Positions 10,993-20,355 of a DNA stretch of 64,000 nt are shown here, in pieces. Source of the DNA: an uncultured Bacilli bacterium (lineage in GTDB: Bacteria; Bacillota_I; Bacilli_A; RF39; UBA660); NCBI GenBank assembly GCA_944358675.1, contig CALVRN010000005.1, positions 232-64,231 of the forward strand. Reading direction: 5' to 3'. The first letter of the stretch is position 1. Every line of letters starts with the position of its first letter. A program made the position numbers and the translations under genes. Under the pieces are notes generated by a model. It ran no database searches. It was not told the origin of the DNA and saw nothing but the letters and a program-made list of their open reading frames with translations.

Positions 10993-11178
10993 TTATTGGC
11001 AAGATCCCTTACCAGGTTCAGAACCTTCAACATATTCTTTGTCGATGAGATTGCAAGATGTTTTTGTTATAGAGTCCTGAAGATATCCTCCTAATAGTTT
11101 CACTAAACTAACGACAATTACACTAACTACCGCTATAATTAGTAAATATTCTACTAGAGCTTGACCCTTATTATTCAT
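10993..11178 (-). CDS. Flp/Fap-type (type IVb) pilin-like peptide, 61 aa
   Basis: MNNKGQALVEYLLIIAVVSVIVVSL fits the Flp processing motif G/xxxxEY followed by a hydrophobic helix. SD GGAGGG supports the internal ATG at 11178 rather than the track start at 11280. Confidence 0.55.
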   Translation of the reverse strand: MNNKGQALVEYLLIIAVVSVIVVSLVKLLGGYLQDSITKTSCNLIDKEYVEGSEPGKGSCQ

Positions 11179-11318
11179 TTTTCTAACACCCTCCACAAAT
11201 TTATAATGCTTTACCACAATTATAAATTTTTTTTTGCTAAAAATCAACCCCATTAGCAAAAAACTAACAAATAAAGACAAATAAAAAAAAATATGTTAAT
11301 ATAAAAATGGTGAGAAAA

Positions 11319-11600
11319 ATGGAATTAAAAGAAGCAAAAACTTTCACACAAAAATTAAAAGGTCTTATGTTTCAAAGAAATTTTAACTATATATTAAAAT
11401 TCAAAACTAACGGTATTCATACTTTTTTTATGAAATGTAATATTGATGTATTTTTAACAGATAAAAACAATAAAATTTTATACATTTATAGAAACTTAAA
11501 ACCAAATAAAATAATATTACCAAAAAAAGGTGTTAAATACACCTATGAAACCCCAACAGATAGTATAAATCTAAAAATCGGAGATTACTTTAATCCCTGA
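11319..11600 (+). CDS. DUF192 domain protein
   Basis: KLKGLMFQ...GIHTFFMKCNIDVFLTDKNNKILYIY resembles DUF192 (GLM...M....lDi.f.d). SD GGTGAG precedes the ATG at 11319; the track start at 11307 is also possible. Confidence 0.55.
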   Translation: MELKEAKTFTQKLKGLMFQRNFNYILKFKTNGIHTFFMKCNIDVFLTDKNNKILYIYRNLKPNKIILPKKGVKYTYETPTDSINLKIGDYFNP

Positions 11601-11613
11601 TTTTTTATATTAA

Positions 11614-11633
11614 AAGAAGTCAAACGACTTCTT
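11614..11633. terminator. Bidirectional terminator hairpin
   Basis: aagaagtc-aaac-gacttctt between convergent genes, flanked by T/A runs. Confidence 0.5.
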
Positions 11634-11916
11634 ATAATGGATATACACTCACTTGTTTACGATCACGTCCTAAACGTTCAAATTTAACACGACCAGGAAT
11701 CTTTGCGAATAAAGTATCATCTTTACCTTTTCCTACATTAACACCCGGATAAATTTTTGTTCCTCTTTGACGGTATAAAATAGAACCTCCAGTTACCACC
11801 TCACCATCAGCAGCTTTAGCCCCTAATCTTTTAGACTCTGAATCACGTCCGTTTTTAGTTGAACCTTGTCCCTTTTTATGAGCGAATAATTGGATGTTTA
11901 ACTTTAATAATTCCAT
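11632..11916 (-). CDS. rpmA: 50S ribosomal protein L27 with Prp-cleavable N-terminal extension
   Basis: [26 protein letters not shown]... is the Firmicutes-type L27 with its propeptide. Start placed at the ATG at 11916. Confidence 0.95.
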   Translation of the reverse strand: MELLKLNIQLFAHKKGQGSTKNGRDSESKRLGAKAADGEVVTGGSILYRQRGTKIYPGVNVGKGKDDTLFAKIPGRVKFERLGRDRKQVSVYPL

Positions 11917-11920
11917 AAGA

Positions 11921-12217
11921 TTACACCTCCTCATTTACTTTTATATTTTTTCCGTATTGTTTTTCTAAACCTTTTAATAAACTAATCATATTTAAAATAA
12001 GTGTTTTAGTCTCAAAATTATCTTTTAAAATATCAATAGATAATTCCCCATCAGATAACTTGTAACTAATAGCTTTATCATCTAATCTTAAAATACCGTT
12101 AATACTTGTTGTAACAATCGAACTTGCCGCTGCACAAACAATATCTTTCCCGTATTCATCAAACATCGCATGACCACTAATTTTAATATGATTACCTTTT
12201 ACATCTATCTTAATCAT
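11921..12217 (-). CDS. prp: Ribosomal-processing cysteine protease Prp
   Basis: Lies between rplU and rpm[23 protein letters not shown] carries the conserved His/Cys dyad, as in B. subtilis YsxB. Confidence 0.85.
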   Translation of the reverse strand: MIKIDVKGNHIKISGHAMFDEYGKDIVCAAASSIVTTSINGILRLDDKAISYKLSDGELSIDILKDNFETKTLILNMISLLKGLEKQYGKNIKVNEEV

Positions 12218-12516
12218 TAGGCTGCTAATTTAGTAATCTCTAATTTAGTATATGGTTGACGATGACCTTGAGTACGACGATATTTTTTCTTTTGTTTATA
12301 CTTATAAACCTTAATTTTTTTGTTTTTACCATGTTTTAAAACCTTAGCTTCAACTTTAGCACCTTTAACAAAAGGATTACCACAAACTCCACCAATCATT
12401 AAAACATGATCAAATGTAACTTTTTTGTCAGCTTCAGCATCTAATTTTTCAACATATAAAACTGTTCCTTCTTCAACATAATATTGTTTTCCTCCAGTTT
12501 CAATAACTGCTTTCAT
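12217..12516 (-). CDS. rplU: 50S ribosomal protein L21
   Basis: [17 protein letters not shown]... and [25 protein letters not shown] precedes the ATG at 12516; the track start at 12549 is too long. Confidence 0.95.
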   Translation of the reverse strand: MKAVIETGGKQYYVEEGTVLYVEKLDAEADKKVTFDHVLMIGGVCGNPFVKGAKVEAKVLKHGKNKKIKVYKYKQKKKYRRTQGHRQPYTKLEITKLAA

Positions 12517-12623
12517 ACTTTTACCTCCTTTATAACTAAGACTCGCCATTAAGGTAAGGTCTAAACCTTTTCAAACCTTTTTTGTGCGGTTGTAGATGGA
12601 GATCTACACATTAACAAATTTTA
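12517..12623 (-). ncRNA. Possible L21 ribosomal-protein leader (cis-regulatory)
   Basis: A 107-nt untranslated leader upstream of rplU with hairpins (gtagat-ctcc-atctac; aaggt-N14-acctt). Bacillus species have an L21 leader at this position. The assignment is by synteny only. Confidence 0.3.
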
Positions 12624-13370
12624 TCATACTTTCCCTTTAAAGTCAAACCTTTTTTTAAGAATTTCACCTTCTGAAACATATTTAAACCCATCATAAAATA
12701 AATGTCTATAATCTCTTCTCATTTTATTTAAATTTAAAGACTTTATTTTCTTAATTTTTTTAAACCTATATTTTTTCAAATACCTTTCTAACAAAAATCT
12801 ATTAAACATACTCTCATGAGTTTTTATTTCCTTTATTACTCGCATAAATAAAAACATTAATATAAGTAAAAATATCAAATTAAAATCACTACCTAATATT
12901 AAAACAAATATTGTTAAAACAGAGATCATAATAATAATCATATGACTTCTTTTAAAACTAATTAACTTATTTAAAAATAAATTTAAAAGTTTTGAACCAT
13001 CCAAAGGATAAATAGGAAGTAAATTAAAACACAAAATTGATAAACTATAATAAAAAACTTCATCTAAATTCCAAAAATAGTAAACAAATAAAGTAAAAAT
13101 AATTTGAAATATTGGTCCCATTATCACAATTAAAAACTCTTCAAAAATACTTCTATTTAAATCCCCATTAAAAATAGTTAAAGCTCCAAATGGAAGTAAT
13201 ATAACTTTTTCAATATTCCACTTAAATAAAATACCCATTAAAATATGTCCAAATTCATGAATGATAATAATTAAACTAAATAAAATAAACCCTTTAAAAT
13301 GACCTGTAATTATTGAAATAAAAGATACAATATAATAAAAAAGATGAATTTTAAATATATTTCTTATAAT
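12624..13370 (-). CDS. spoIVFB: Site-2 (M50) metalloprotease, SpoIVFB-like, apparent non-canonical ATT start
   Basis: The track ORF starts at an internal Met. The frame stays open upstream through IIIIHEFGHIL (HExxH) to a TAG at 13371-13373. It contains no ATG, GTG or TTG, but a strong SD (GAAGGGGAGA) sits 6 nt before the ATT at 13368-13370. NLLPIYPLDGSKL is the second M50 motif. Confidence 0.7.
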   Translation of the reverse strand: MIRNIFKIHLFYYIVSFISIITGHFKGFILFSLIIIIHEFGHILMGILFKWNIEKVILLPFGALTIFNGDLNRSIFEEFLIVIMGPIFQIIFTLFVYYFWNLDEVFYYSLSILCFNLLPIYPLDGSKLLNLFLNKLISFKRSHMIIIMISVLTIFVLILGSDFNLIFLLILMFLFMRVIKEIKTHESMFNRFLLERYLKKYRFKKIKKIKSLNLNKMRRDYRHLFYDGFKYVSEGEILKKRFDFKGKV

Positions 13371-13905
13371 CTAATCTCTCCCCTTCTTTAGTAAATACCA
13401 AATACATCTTTTTACCATTAGCCTCACCTAAAATATCCCCTACCTTTAAATAATCATACATGCTAACTTTTATCTCTTTAATATTTGCATACCACACTTC
13501 TATCCCATCACCTTGCTGAATTATAATTGTATTGCCATAACCATCCTTTTCACCTGCAAAAATCACAATCCCACTTTTAATAACCGGAATAACATAATTT
13601 TCCGAAACAGTAAGCTCTACTCCATCTTTATAATCTTTACTATCTTCATATTCGATCTTATTCGAAGAAACAAGAGCCGTTTTATCAGTTCCTGTAAGTG
13701 GTAAAGATGAACCAAACAATTTCTCATAAACATTATTTACTTCAGCAAAGCTAAAATGATTTTGAAAAACATACTTATATAAATTTTCTCTTAAACTAGG
13801 ACTCGCCTTTAAAGTAATTAAAACACCTAAAAGAATAACAACACACACCAAAAACTTACTAAAAATCTTACTAATCAAACTTACTTTCTTTATTTTCTTT
13901 GCCAT
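13351..13905 (-). CDS. spoIVFA: Membrane-anchored degenerate LytM/M23-domain protein, SpoIVFA-like
   Basis: N-terminal TM segment. The C-terminal M23-like fold (GIVIFAGEKDGYGNTIIIQQGDGIEVWYANI) has no obvious HxxxD/HxH metal ligands. It lies upstream of the M50 gene and rplU, as in B. subtilis. Confidence 0.5.
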   Translation of the reverse strand: MAKKIKKVSLISKIFSKFLVCVVILLGVLITLKASPSLRENLYKYVFQNHFSFAEVNNVYEKLFGSSLPLTGTDKTALVSSNKIEYEDSKDYKDGVELTVSENYVIPVIKSGIVIFAGEKDGYGNTIIIQQGDGIEVWYANIKEIKVSMYDYLKVGDILGEANGKKMYLVFTKEGERLDYKKYI

Positions 13906-13991
13906 AAAATCACCTATAATACCTTATTTAATTAATCCTATTTTTAGAACTTATCATAGGCATTAACATATATTATTCTAGGTGATTAAAT

Positions 13992-15281
13992 ATGAATATT
14001 ATAGACATATTAAATATAACCAAAGGAACTTTAATTAATAAAATAAATCTTAACCTTAACATCAATAAATTTAAAATAAATAGTAAAGATATAAAACAAA
14101 ATGACTGTTTTATAGTTATAAACAATAGTTACAAATATATTAAAGAAGCTATAAAAAATGGAGCTTCTTTGATAATTACAAATAGAAAATCTTCTTATAA
14201 CATACCCACAATTTTAGTTCAAGACACTATTAAAACATTAGCCGCATTAGCATCTTCCATAAGACAAATATATAACCCCAAAGTAATAGCTATAACTGGT
14301 AGTGTTGGAAAAACAACCACCAGAAAATTAATTTATACAATACTAAAAAACAAATACAGATGTCTTCAAAACGAAAAGAACTACAACAATCATATTGGTG
14401 TTCCACTAACTATATTTAACTTAAAAAAAGATGACAAAATAGCCATCATTGAAATGGGGATGAACCATTTTAACGAAATAAAATACTTATCAAATATGAC
14501 AAAACCGGACATCGCCATAATAACCAATATTGGTACTTCACATATAGGAAATCTAGGTAGTAAAGAAAACATTTTAAAAGCTAAATTAGAAATAAAAGAA
14601 GGTTTAAATGGTCCATTATTTGTAAATGGTGATGATGAACTACTTAAAAATCAAAATGCTTATAAAAGTGGATTTAATGAAAATAATGACCTTATCGCAT
14701 ATGGCTTAAAATCATCATTAACCGCCTCTTCTTTCAATATAAATTTAAATAACAAAACATATAAAATAGAAGTAAATCTTCCATCTCATCTTTTAAATAA
14801 TGTTTTACTTGCTATTCATATTGGTTTATATTTAGATGTAAAAATGGAAGATATTATATTATCACTAAAACAGTATAAATCTACTGATATGCGCATGAAT
14901 ATATTAAATGATAAAAATGGCAACACAATCATAAATGACTGTTATAACTCATCACTAGAATCTCTAAACGGTGTTTTAAATATAATCAAAAATGAAAAAC
15001 AAAATAAATTACTAATATTAGGGGACATCAATGAACTTGGAAAATATAGTAATGAAATTCATCAAAAAATTCCTCTTTTTCTAAATGAAATAGATAATAA
15101 AGAAGTTATCTTAGTTGGTAAGGAAATGGCAAAAATAATTTACAAAGACTCACTTCATTTTAAGGATTATAAAGAAGTAATAAACTATTTAAAAACCATA
15201 CAAATAAAAAATACTTTGATTTTAATCAAAGCATCTAGAAGTTTAAAATTAGAAAACATAACTAATTATTTATTAGATTAA
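13992..15281 (+). CDS. murF: UDP-N-acetylmuramoyl-tripeptide--D-alanyl-D-alanine ligase
   Basis: Mur ligase P-loop AITGSVGKTTT with EMGMNHFNEI, NDCYNSS and GDINELG. Confidence 0.85.
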   Translation: MNIIDILNITKGTLINKINLNLNINKFKINSKDIKQNDCFIVINNSYKYIKEAIKNGASLIITNRKSSYNIPTILVQDTIKTLAALASSIRQIYNPKVIAITGSVGKTTTRKLIYTILKNKYRCLQNEKNYNNHIGVPLTIFNLKKDDKIAIIEMGMNHFNEIKYLSNMTKPDIAIITNIGTSHIGNLGSKENILKAKLEIKEGLNGPLFVNGDDELLKNQNAYKSGFNENNDLIAYGLKSSLTASSFNINLNNKTYKIEVNLPSHLLNNVLLAIHIGLYLDVKMEDIILSLKQYKSTDMRMNILNDKNGNTIINDCYNSSLESLNGVLNIIKNEKQNKLLILGDINELGKYSNEIHQKIPLFLNEIDNKEVILVGKEMAKIIYKDSLHFKDYKEVINYLKTIQIKNTLILIKASRSLKLENITNYLLD

Positions 15282-15282
15282 T

Positions 15283-16737
15283 TTATCTTCCAATTTTCCT
15301 ATTAAAATCTCTAATTAATCTTTTTGCTCTCATTGTTTTCGCTTTATCTTGCCACTCTAGTCTTAGCCCAAAAGAAAGAGGATCAGTTAAAATTTTAACT
15401 CTATCTTTATTTCTAAGTATATAATCAATACTAACTGGCTCATCATTAACAACCGCACCAATCATTGTATTACCAATATCAGTATGTAACTTGTAAGCAA
15501 AATCAATTGGTGTAGAACCATTAGGTAACTCAATAATATCCCCTTTTGTTGTATAAACATGAATAACTTGATCAAAAAGTTCTTTTTTAACCATACTAAC
15601 AAATTCACAATTATCCGTTGTCATAGTATTTAATTCCGCAATTGATTTAAAAAATTGAAAATGTGTTTTTAAATCCTTCTGCATAGTCGCATCCGCATCA
15701 TGTTTGTGTAAATCCCAATAAGCTGTTAAACCATAATTATTTATTTTTTCCATATTGTATGTCCTAATCTGCATTTGAACCAAATAATCTTCTAATCCAA
15801 ACACCGTTGTATGTAATGAATGATACATATTAGTTTTAGGTGATGCGATATAATCCTTAAATTTATTATTAATTGGCGGATAAACACTATGAATAAGTCC
15901 TAAAGCCAAATAACATGACTTAACATCATCAACCATAATTTTAATCGCTAGTAAATCATGCACATCCATGATTTTTTTACCCTTAGACATCTGTTTATAT
16001 AAACCATAAATACTCTTTATTCTCTCTTTATGTTCAAAGGGAATATTGTTGTCAGTTAAAATATTTCCGATATCTTCAAGCATTTTTCTAATAACACCTT
16101 CCGCATCATGTTTAATTGCTTCTATATTGTTTTCAATGCTAGTATAAATATCAGGTTTCAAATAATATAATGATAAATCTTCTAACTCTGACTTGATTTG
16201 ATAAGCTCCTAAATAATAAGCAAGAGGTACAAATATTTCCATTGTCTCTACAGCATTTTCTTTTTGTTTAAACTCACTTTTATATTCTAATGTGCGCATA
16301 TTATGAAGCCTATCAGCTAACTTAATAATTACAATACGAACATCCTCATCTAAACTAGTAATTATCTTTCTTGTGTTTGTTGCTACCTGTTCTTCTCTAG
16401 ATGAAAAATTCATTTTACTAATTTTTGTAACTCCATCCACTAAAGTCGCAATAGTTGGATTAAATTCCACACTTATTTTTTCTTTAGTCATCTTCGTATC
16501 TTCAATAGTATCATGTAAAAGTGCCGCACATATTGTGTCACTATCTGCCTTCATTTCTGATAATATAAAAGCGACAGAAAGCGGATGGACAATATAATCC
16601 TCACCACTCTGTCGCTTTTGGCCTTCATGTAATTTTTTCGCACATTCAAAAGCTTTAGATATAATCTCTAAAGATTTATCCTCCTCGATATACCCTCTCA
16701 CATTATTCATCAAGTCTTCGTAAGTCACTTCTCTCAT
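15283..16737 (-). CDS. rel: Long RSH (Rel/SpoT-type) protein truncated after the TGS domain
   Basis: HD hydrolase motifs (HPLSVAFIL..., LLHDTIEDT, KLADRLHNMRTL), synthetase region (ERIKSIYGLYKQM, YHSLHTTV, VQMQIRT) and TGS (VYTTKGDIIELPNGSTPIDFAY). It ends at ...RLIRDFNRKIGR with no helical/ZFD/ACT part. SD GAGGTGAG supports the ATG at 16737. Confidence 0.85.
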   Translation of the reverse strand: MREVTYEDLMNNVRGYIEEDKSLEIISKAFECAKKLHEGQKRQSGEDYIVHPLSVAFILSEMKADSDTICAALLHDTIEDTKMTKEKISVEFNPTIATLVDGVTKISKMNFSSREEQVATNTRKIITSLDEDVRIVIIKLADRLHNMRTLEYKSEFKQKENAVETMEIFVPLAYYLGAYQIKSELEDLSLYYLKPDIYTSIENNIEAIKHDAEGVIRKMLEDIGNILTDNNIPFEHKERIKSIYGLYKQMSKGKKIMDVHDLLAIKIMVDDVKSCYLALGLIHSVYPPINNKFKDYIASPKTNMYHSLHTTVFGLEDYLVQMQIRTYNMEKINNYGLTAYWDLHKHDADATMQKDLKTHFQFFKSIAELNTMTTDNCEFVSMVKKELFDQVIHVYTTKGDIIELPNGSTPIDFAYKLHTDIGNTMIGAVVNDEPVSIDYILRNKDRVKILTDPLSFGLRLEWQDKAKTMRAKRLIRDFNRKIGR

Positions 16738-16809
16738 AAAACTCACCTCAAACTTCAAATATGTTATAAACAATATTAACACGTTTAATTAGAAAATTCA
16801 AGAAAAAGT

Positions 16810-17292
16810 TTAAAATTTATACTTATATTTTTTTTGGATTTTTTTAACAACAAAAAATATTATCGCACTATATATCAAATTAAGAAGAAGTGATTTTAAA
16901 ACACTTAATATTAAAGCTATAATATCAAAAGTAATACTACTTACCAAAACAAGCAAACAATATGTAAAACATCTATAAATTAAAATACATATAGCTATAA
17001 TAATAAGTACATTTATATAATTATCAGTTAAAACCAAATTCATTCGCGTAATTAAAAAAGCCATAAAACAAAAAACAATCGCATGAAAAATAATTGTATC
17101 TGTATAAAATAAATCATAAGCAAGACCTGTTATAAAAGCATATTTATAATAATTTGAGTTTTCATCAAAAAGCGGATAAATAACAATTAAGGTAATTAAA
17201 GTAAAAAGTGGGGCAAAAAATCCATTAACAGGTACAAAATTAGAAACAACTCCTTCAAGCAAAAAAGAAACTATTAATATAAATATTTTCAT
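16810..17292 (-). CDS. mreD: Rod shape-determining protein MreD
   Basis: Polytopic 160-aa membrane protein immediately downstream of mreC with a 4-nt overlap. Confidence 0.6.
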   Translation of the reverse strand: MKIFILIVSFLLEGVVSNFVPVNGFFAPLFTLITLIVIYPLFDENSNYYKYAFITGLAYDLFYTDTIIFHAIVFCFMAFLITRMNLVLTDNYINVLIIIAICILIYRCFTYCLLVLVSSITFDIIALILSVLKSLLLNLIYSAIIFFVVKKIQKKYKYKF

Positions 17293-18137
17293 TCAGTTTT
17301 CCTCTTCAAAACAGTAACATAATCTAAATCATCAAAATCAACAGAAGCTTTTACTTCGACAACTTTAGATAAATCAAAATTATCAGTAGTTACCTTTTGA
17401 GTCTTTCCAATCATAAGTCCACTTGGAAAAATTGTTCCCATACCAGTTGTCACTACATCTGAACCAGCCTCTATATCAACATTTTCACTTATACCTTCAA
17501 CTGTATATGTATTAGTTTTAGAATCATACTGTGATATAAGACCATAAACATAATCATCTTTTACCTTAATTTTTACACTTATCTTATCACTCATATTTTC
17601 ATTTGAAAGTAATTTAACTGTACTGGAATAATTACTAACTTTAGTAATTTGACCAACCAACCCTTTAGGATTAACTACAGCCATACCTTTTTCTATACCA
17701 TTTTTACTGCCTTTATCAATTGTCACCTCATCATACCAATAACCTATATTTCTTGAAACAATTGTCGCATTAAGATAAACCTTATCACTTAAAACAGTAT
17801 TTAAATCCAAAGTATCTTTAAGTTTATCAATCTCATTTTGTAAATTTTCATTTTGAGAAATTATTGAATCAGTCTGCTCCTCTTTATTTTTAAGTTCCTT
17901 ATATTTTTCATACAAATTATTTTTTTGGACCATTGCTTCAAATTGATCATGCACAAAATTAAATGGTGCAGAAACAACCTTCAAAACAACAGTAATAGTA
18001 TCTTTCGCAACTTTTTCAATCGGATTCAAATCACGATCATCTTTAAGGGAAGCAGCTAATACAACAAGCACCAAAGCAATAGCCACAACCACCAATATTA
18101 ACAAATATCTTTTACTAAATCGCTTTTTATTATACAT
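17289..18137 (-). CDS. mreC: Rod shape-determining protein MreC
   Basis: N-terminal TM segment, coiled coil, then the beta-domain pattern GS.dGI.KGMAVVNPKGLVGQITKVS..SS.V.LL. Confidence 0.85.
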   Translation of the reverse strand: MYNKKRFSKRYLLILVVVAIALVLVVLAASLKDDRDLNPIEKVAKDTITVVLKVVSAPFNFVHDQFEAMVQKNNLYEKYKELKNKEEQTDSIISQNENLQNEIDKLKDTLDLNTVLSDKVYLNATIVSRNIGYWYDEVTIDKGSKNGIEKGMAVVNPKGLVGQITKVSNYSSTVKLLSNENMSDKISVKIKVKDDYVYGLISQYDSKTNTYTVEGISENVDIEAGSDVVTTGMGTIFPSGLMIGKTQKVTTDNFDLSKVVEVKASVDFDDLDYVTVLKRKTE

Positions 18138-18183
18138 AGCTGTCACCCATTAAAATTATAATACATTTTAAAAATATTTCCAA

Positions 18184-18864
18184 CTAAATTTTTCCATTTT
18201 CTAAAAAACTATAATATTTATCATCACCAATTATAATATGATCAATAACTTTAATTCCCATAAGTCTACCTATTTCAACTAATCTATTAGTAAGTAAAAT
18301 ATCCTCTTTACTAGGTTTAACTTCTCCACTAGGGTGATTATGTACACAAATAACCCCTGTCGCATTAAGTAAACACGCTTCTTTAAACACATCTCTAGGA
18401 TGTACTAAACTATAATTTGCCGTACCAATAAAAAGTAATTTTTCTTCAATTACCTTTTTACTCGAATCTAAATATATACAGTAAAAATGTTCCTGAATTC
18501 TATTAACCTTATTTTTATAAAACTCAAACACCTTATTAGGTGTATTTAATTTAATATTATTTAAAGTATTTATTTTTCTATTCATTCTTTTACATATTTC
18601 ACCCAAAGCAACTAACGTGCACGCTTTAGCATCACCTATTCCTTTAATTTTTTTTACATCATAATAATTTATATCTCTCAAATTTTCTATACCTTTTAAA
18701 CTACTTAGAATATAAGATGACAAATTCTTAACCGACATATTTCTAGAACCTGTTTTTAAAATAATTGAAAGTAACTCTTCATCACTTAAACTTTTAACTC
18801 CCGAATTGATTAATCTCTCTCTAGGCCTTTCTAACTTTGGAATGTCTTTAATTCTCACATTCAT
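18184..18864 (-). CDS. radC: RadC-family JAB-domain protein
   Basis: ERPRERL, a helix-hairpin-helix region and the JAMM motif VHNHPSGEVKPSKEDI. Confidence 0.9.
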   Translation of the reverse strand: MNVRIKDIPKLERPRERLINSGVKSLSDEELLSIILKTGSRNMSVKNLSSYILSSLKGIENLRDINYYDVKKIKGIGDAKACTLVALGEICKRMNRKINTLNNIKLNTPNKVFEFYKNKVNRIQEHFYCIYLDSSKKVIEEKLLFIGTANYSLVHPRDVFKEACLLNATGVICVHNHPSGEVKPSKEDILLTNRLVEIGRLMGIKVIDHIIIGDDKYYSFLENGKI

Positions 18865-19310
18865 TTAACCAACTCCTCATATTTTGCTAAAACCTGATTA
18901 CAAATAACTTTAATCGATTCATTATCATCAGTTTTAGAAAGTAATTCATCATACTGCTTTAATATACTTATAAAATTTTTATTATCCGTTATCTTGTCCT
19001 TTAAAAAAGTATCATACCCTATTGACTTATAATAATTCTGTATTTTTAAAGCATTTTCTTTATTACTAGTAATACCAATATATGTATAATACTGATTATC
19101 TTCAACATTATAAATATAATGCGTAAACTCCTTCATATTATTTTTCATATTATCCATATCAGAGTAAACACCTCTTTGAATATAATATAATGTTTCCGCC
19201 TCTGAAGAAACAGCTAAAGAAGGCATCTCTTCATACTGTTTAATAATAAAATAAGCCATACCTATTCCTAAAATTAATGATACTGATACCGGAAGTAAAT
19301 ATTTTTTCAT
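18861..19310 (-). CDS. Membrane-anchored SPOR-like domain protein
   Basis: TM segment followed by YYIQRGVYSDMDN...YYTYIGITSNKENALKIQNYYKSIGYDTFL, which resembles a SPOR fold. Tentative. Confidence 0.45.
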   Translation of the reverse strand: MKKYLLPVSVSLILGIGMAYFIIKQYEEMPSLAVSSEAETLYYIQRGVYSDMDNMKNNMKEFTHYIYNVEDNQYYTYIGITSNKENALKIQNYYKSIGYDTFLKDKITDNKNFISILKQYDELLSKTDDNESIKVICNQVLAKYEELVK

Positions 19311-19463
19311 TTAAATCACCTAAAAAAAATATATAATAAAATCATCACTTATTTTGTCATCAAAAGTCGCCTCTACAATATATATACGATATTTTTATTA
19401 TTTTTCCTTTTTATTTTTACAATTTATTTCAAAACTGCTATAATTAAAATAGAGGTGAAACAA

Positions 19464-20306
19464 ATGGCATACAAAGTTGATAGAAAAACATCTAATAAAA
19501 TAGGTAATGCGTTAATAATCGCTGGTTTAACCGGTGTCATTGTCTTTGGCGGATATACCGGTATAAATATTTTAAGCCGTATGCATGGAATGGAAGTTAA
19601 TAACGATGCAATTGAAGAAGTTTTAGTTCAAGATAAAAACGCGAATGAAAATTCAAATGAAACAAATGAAATAAGTGAAGCAACTGAAGAATATACTCCA
19701 AAATATGATATTGCTGCTTTACAAGAAAAATATCCAAATGCTTGGGGCATATTGGAAAAAGAAGATGGCACAGCCTTTCCAATTGTCTCTACTAATTCAA
19801 GAGATGAGGAAGACTACTATTTAAAACATAATTTAGATGGTGAATATAGTAGTTCTGGAACAGTATTCCTAGATCATCAAAATGATAAAAATATGAATAA
19901 CCAAGTAACCCGTTTATGGGGACACAATCTATATGGTGGTAATATGTTTGGAGATCTAACTGAATATCAAAATCAAGGACAATCATTTTACGATCAAAAT
20001 AAAACATACACTCTATACACAAGCAATGGTGTATATGAATTAAATGTATTTGCCGCTTTGTTAGAAGATGGAACAACCCAAGAATTTGATTATAATAGTC
20101 AGGAAGAATTTTTAGCAGACATGCAAAATAATATCAATTCTTCTAACTTCACATCAGATGTCTCATTAGAACCAGATAACCAAGTAGTAATTTTTGAATG
20201 TTGTCCGGATGGAATCGCTAACCCTTACAGTAATCAACGTTTTTCTGTATATACTAAAGTTACTCCAATATATGAATACAATTTAAATAGTAGTAAAACA
20301 TTATAA
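19464..20306 (+). CDS. Sortase B-like transpeptidase with atypical active-site context
   Basis: TM anchor, DYYLKHNLDGEYSSSGTVFLDH, His in RLWGHN and Arg in QRFSVYTKV. The usual TLxTC is replaced by VIFECC. SD AGAGGTGA supports the ATG at 19464. Confidence 0.6.
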   Translation: MAYKVDRKTSNKIGNALIIAGLTGVIVFGGYTGINILSRMHGMEVNNDAIEEVLVQDKNANENSNETNEISEATEEYTPKYDIAALQEKYPNAWGILEKEDGTAFPIVSTNSRDEEDYYLKHNLDGEYSSSGTVFLDHQNDKNMNNQVTRLWGHNLYGGNMFGDLTEYQNQGQSFYDQNKTYTLYTSNGVYELNVFAALLEDGTTQEFDYNSQEEFLADMQNNINSSNFTSDVSLEPDNQVVIFECCPDGIANPYSNQRFSVYTKVTPIYEYNLNSSKTL

Positions 20307-20355
20307 AAGCCTTTAAGGCTTTTTTTCACAAAAAAAAGGCTTTCATTATGAAAGT

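Noticed and set aside
13513-16597. Track ORFs 13513-13704 (+), 14390-14572 (-), 16373-16597 (+)
   Set aside because: Each is antisense inside a well-supported gene (spoIVFA-like, murF, rel).
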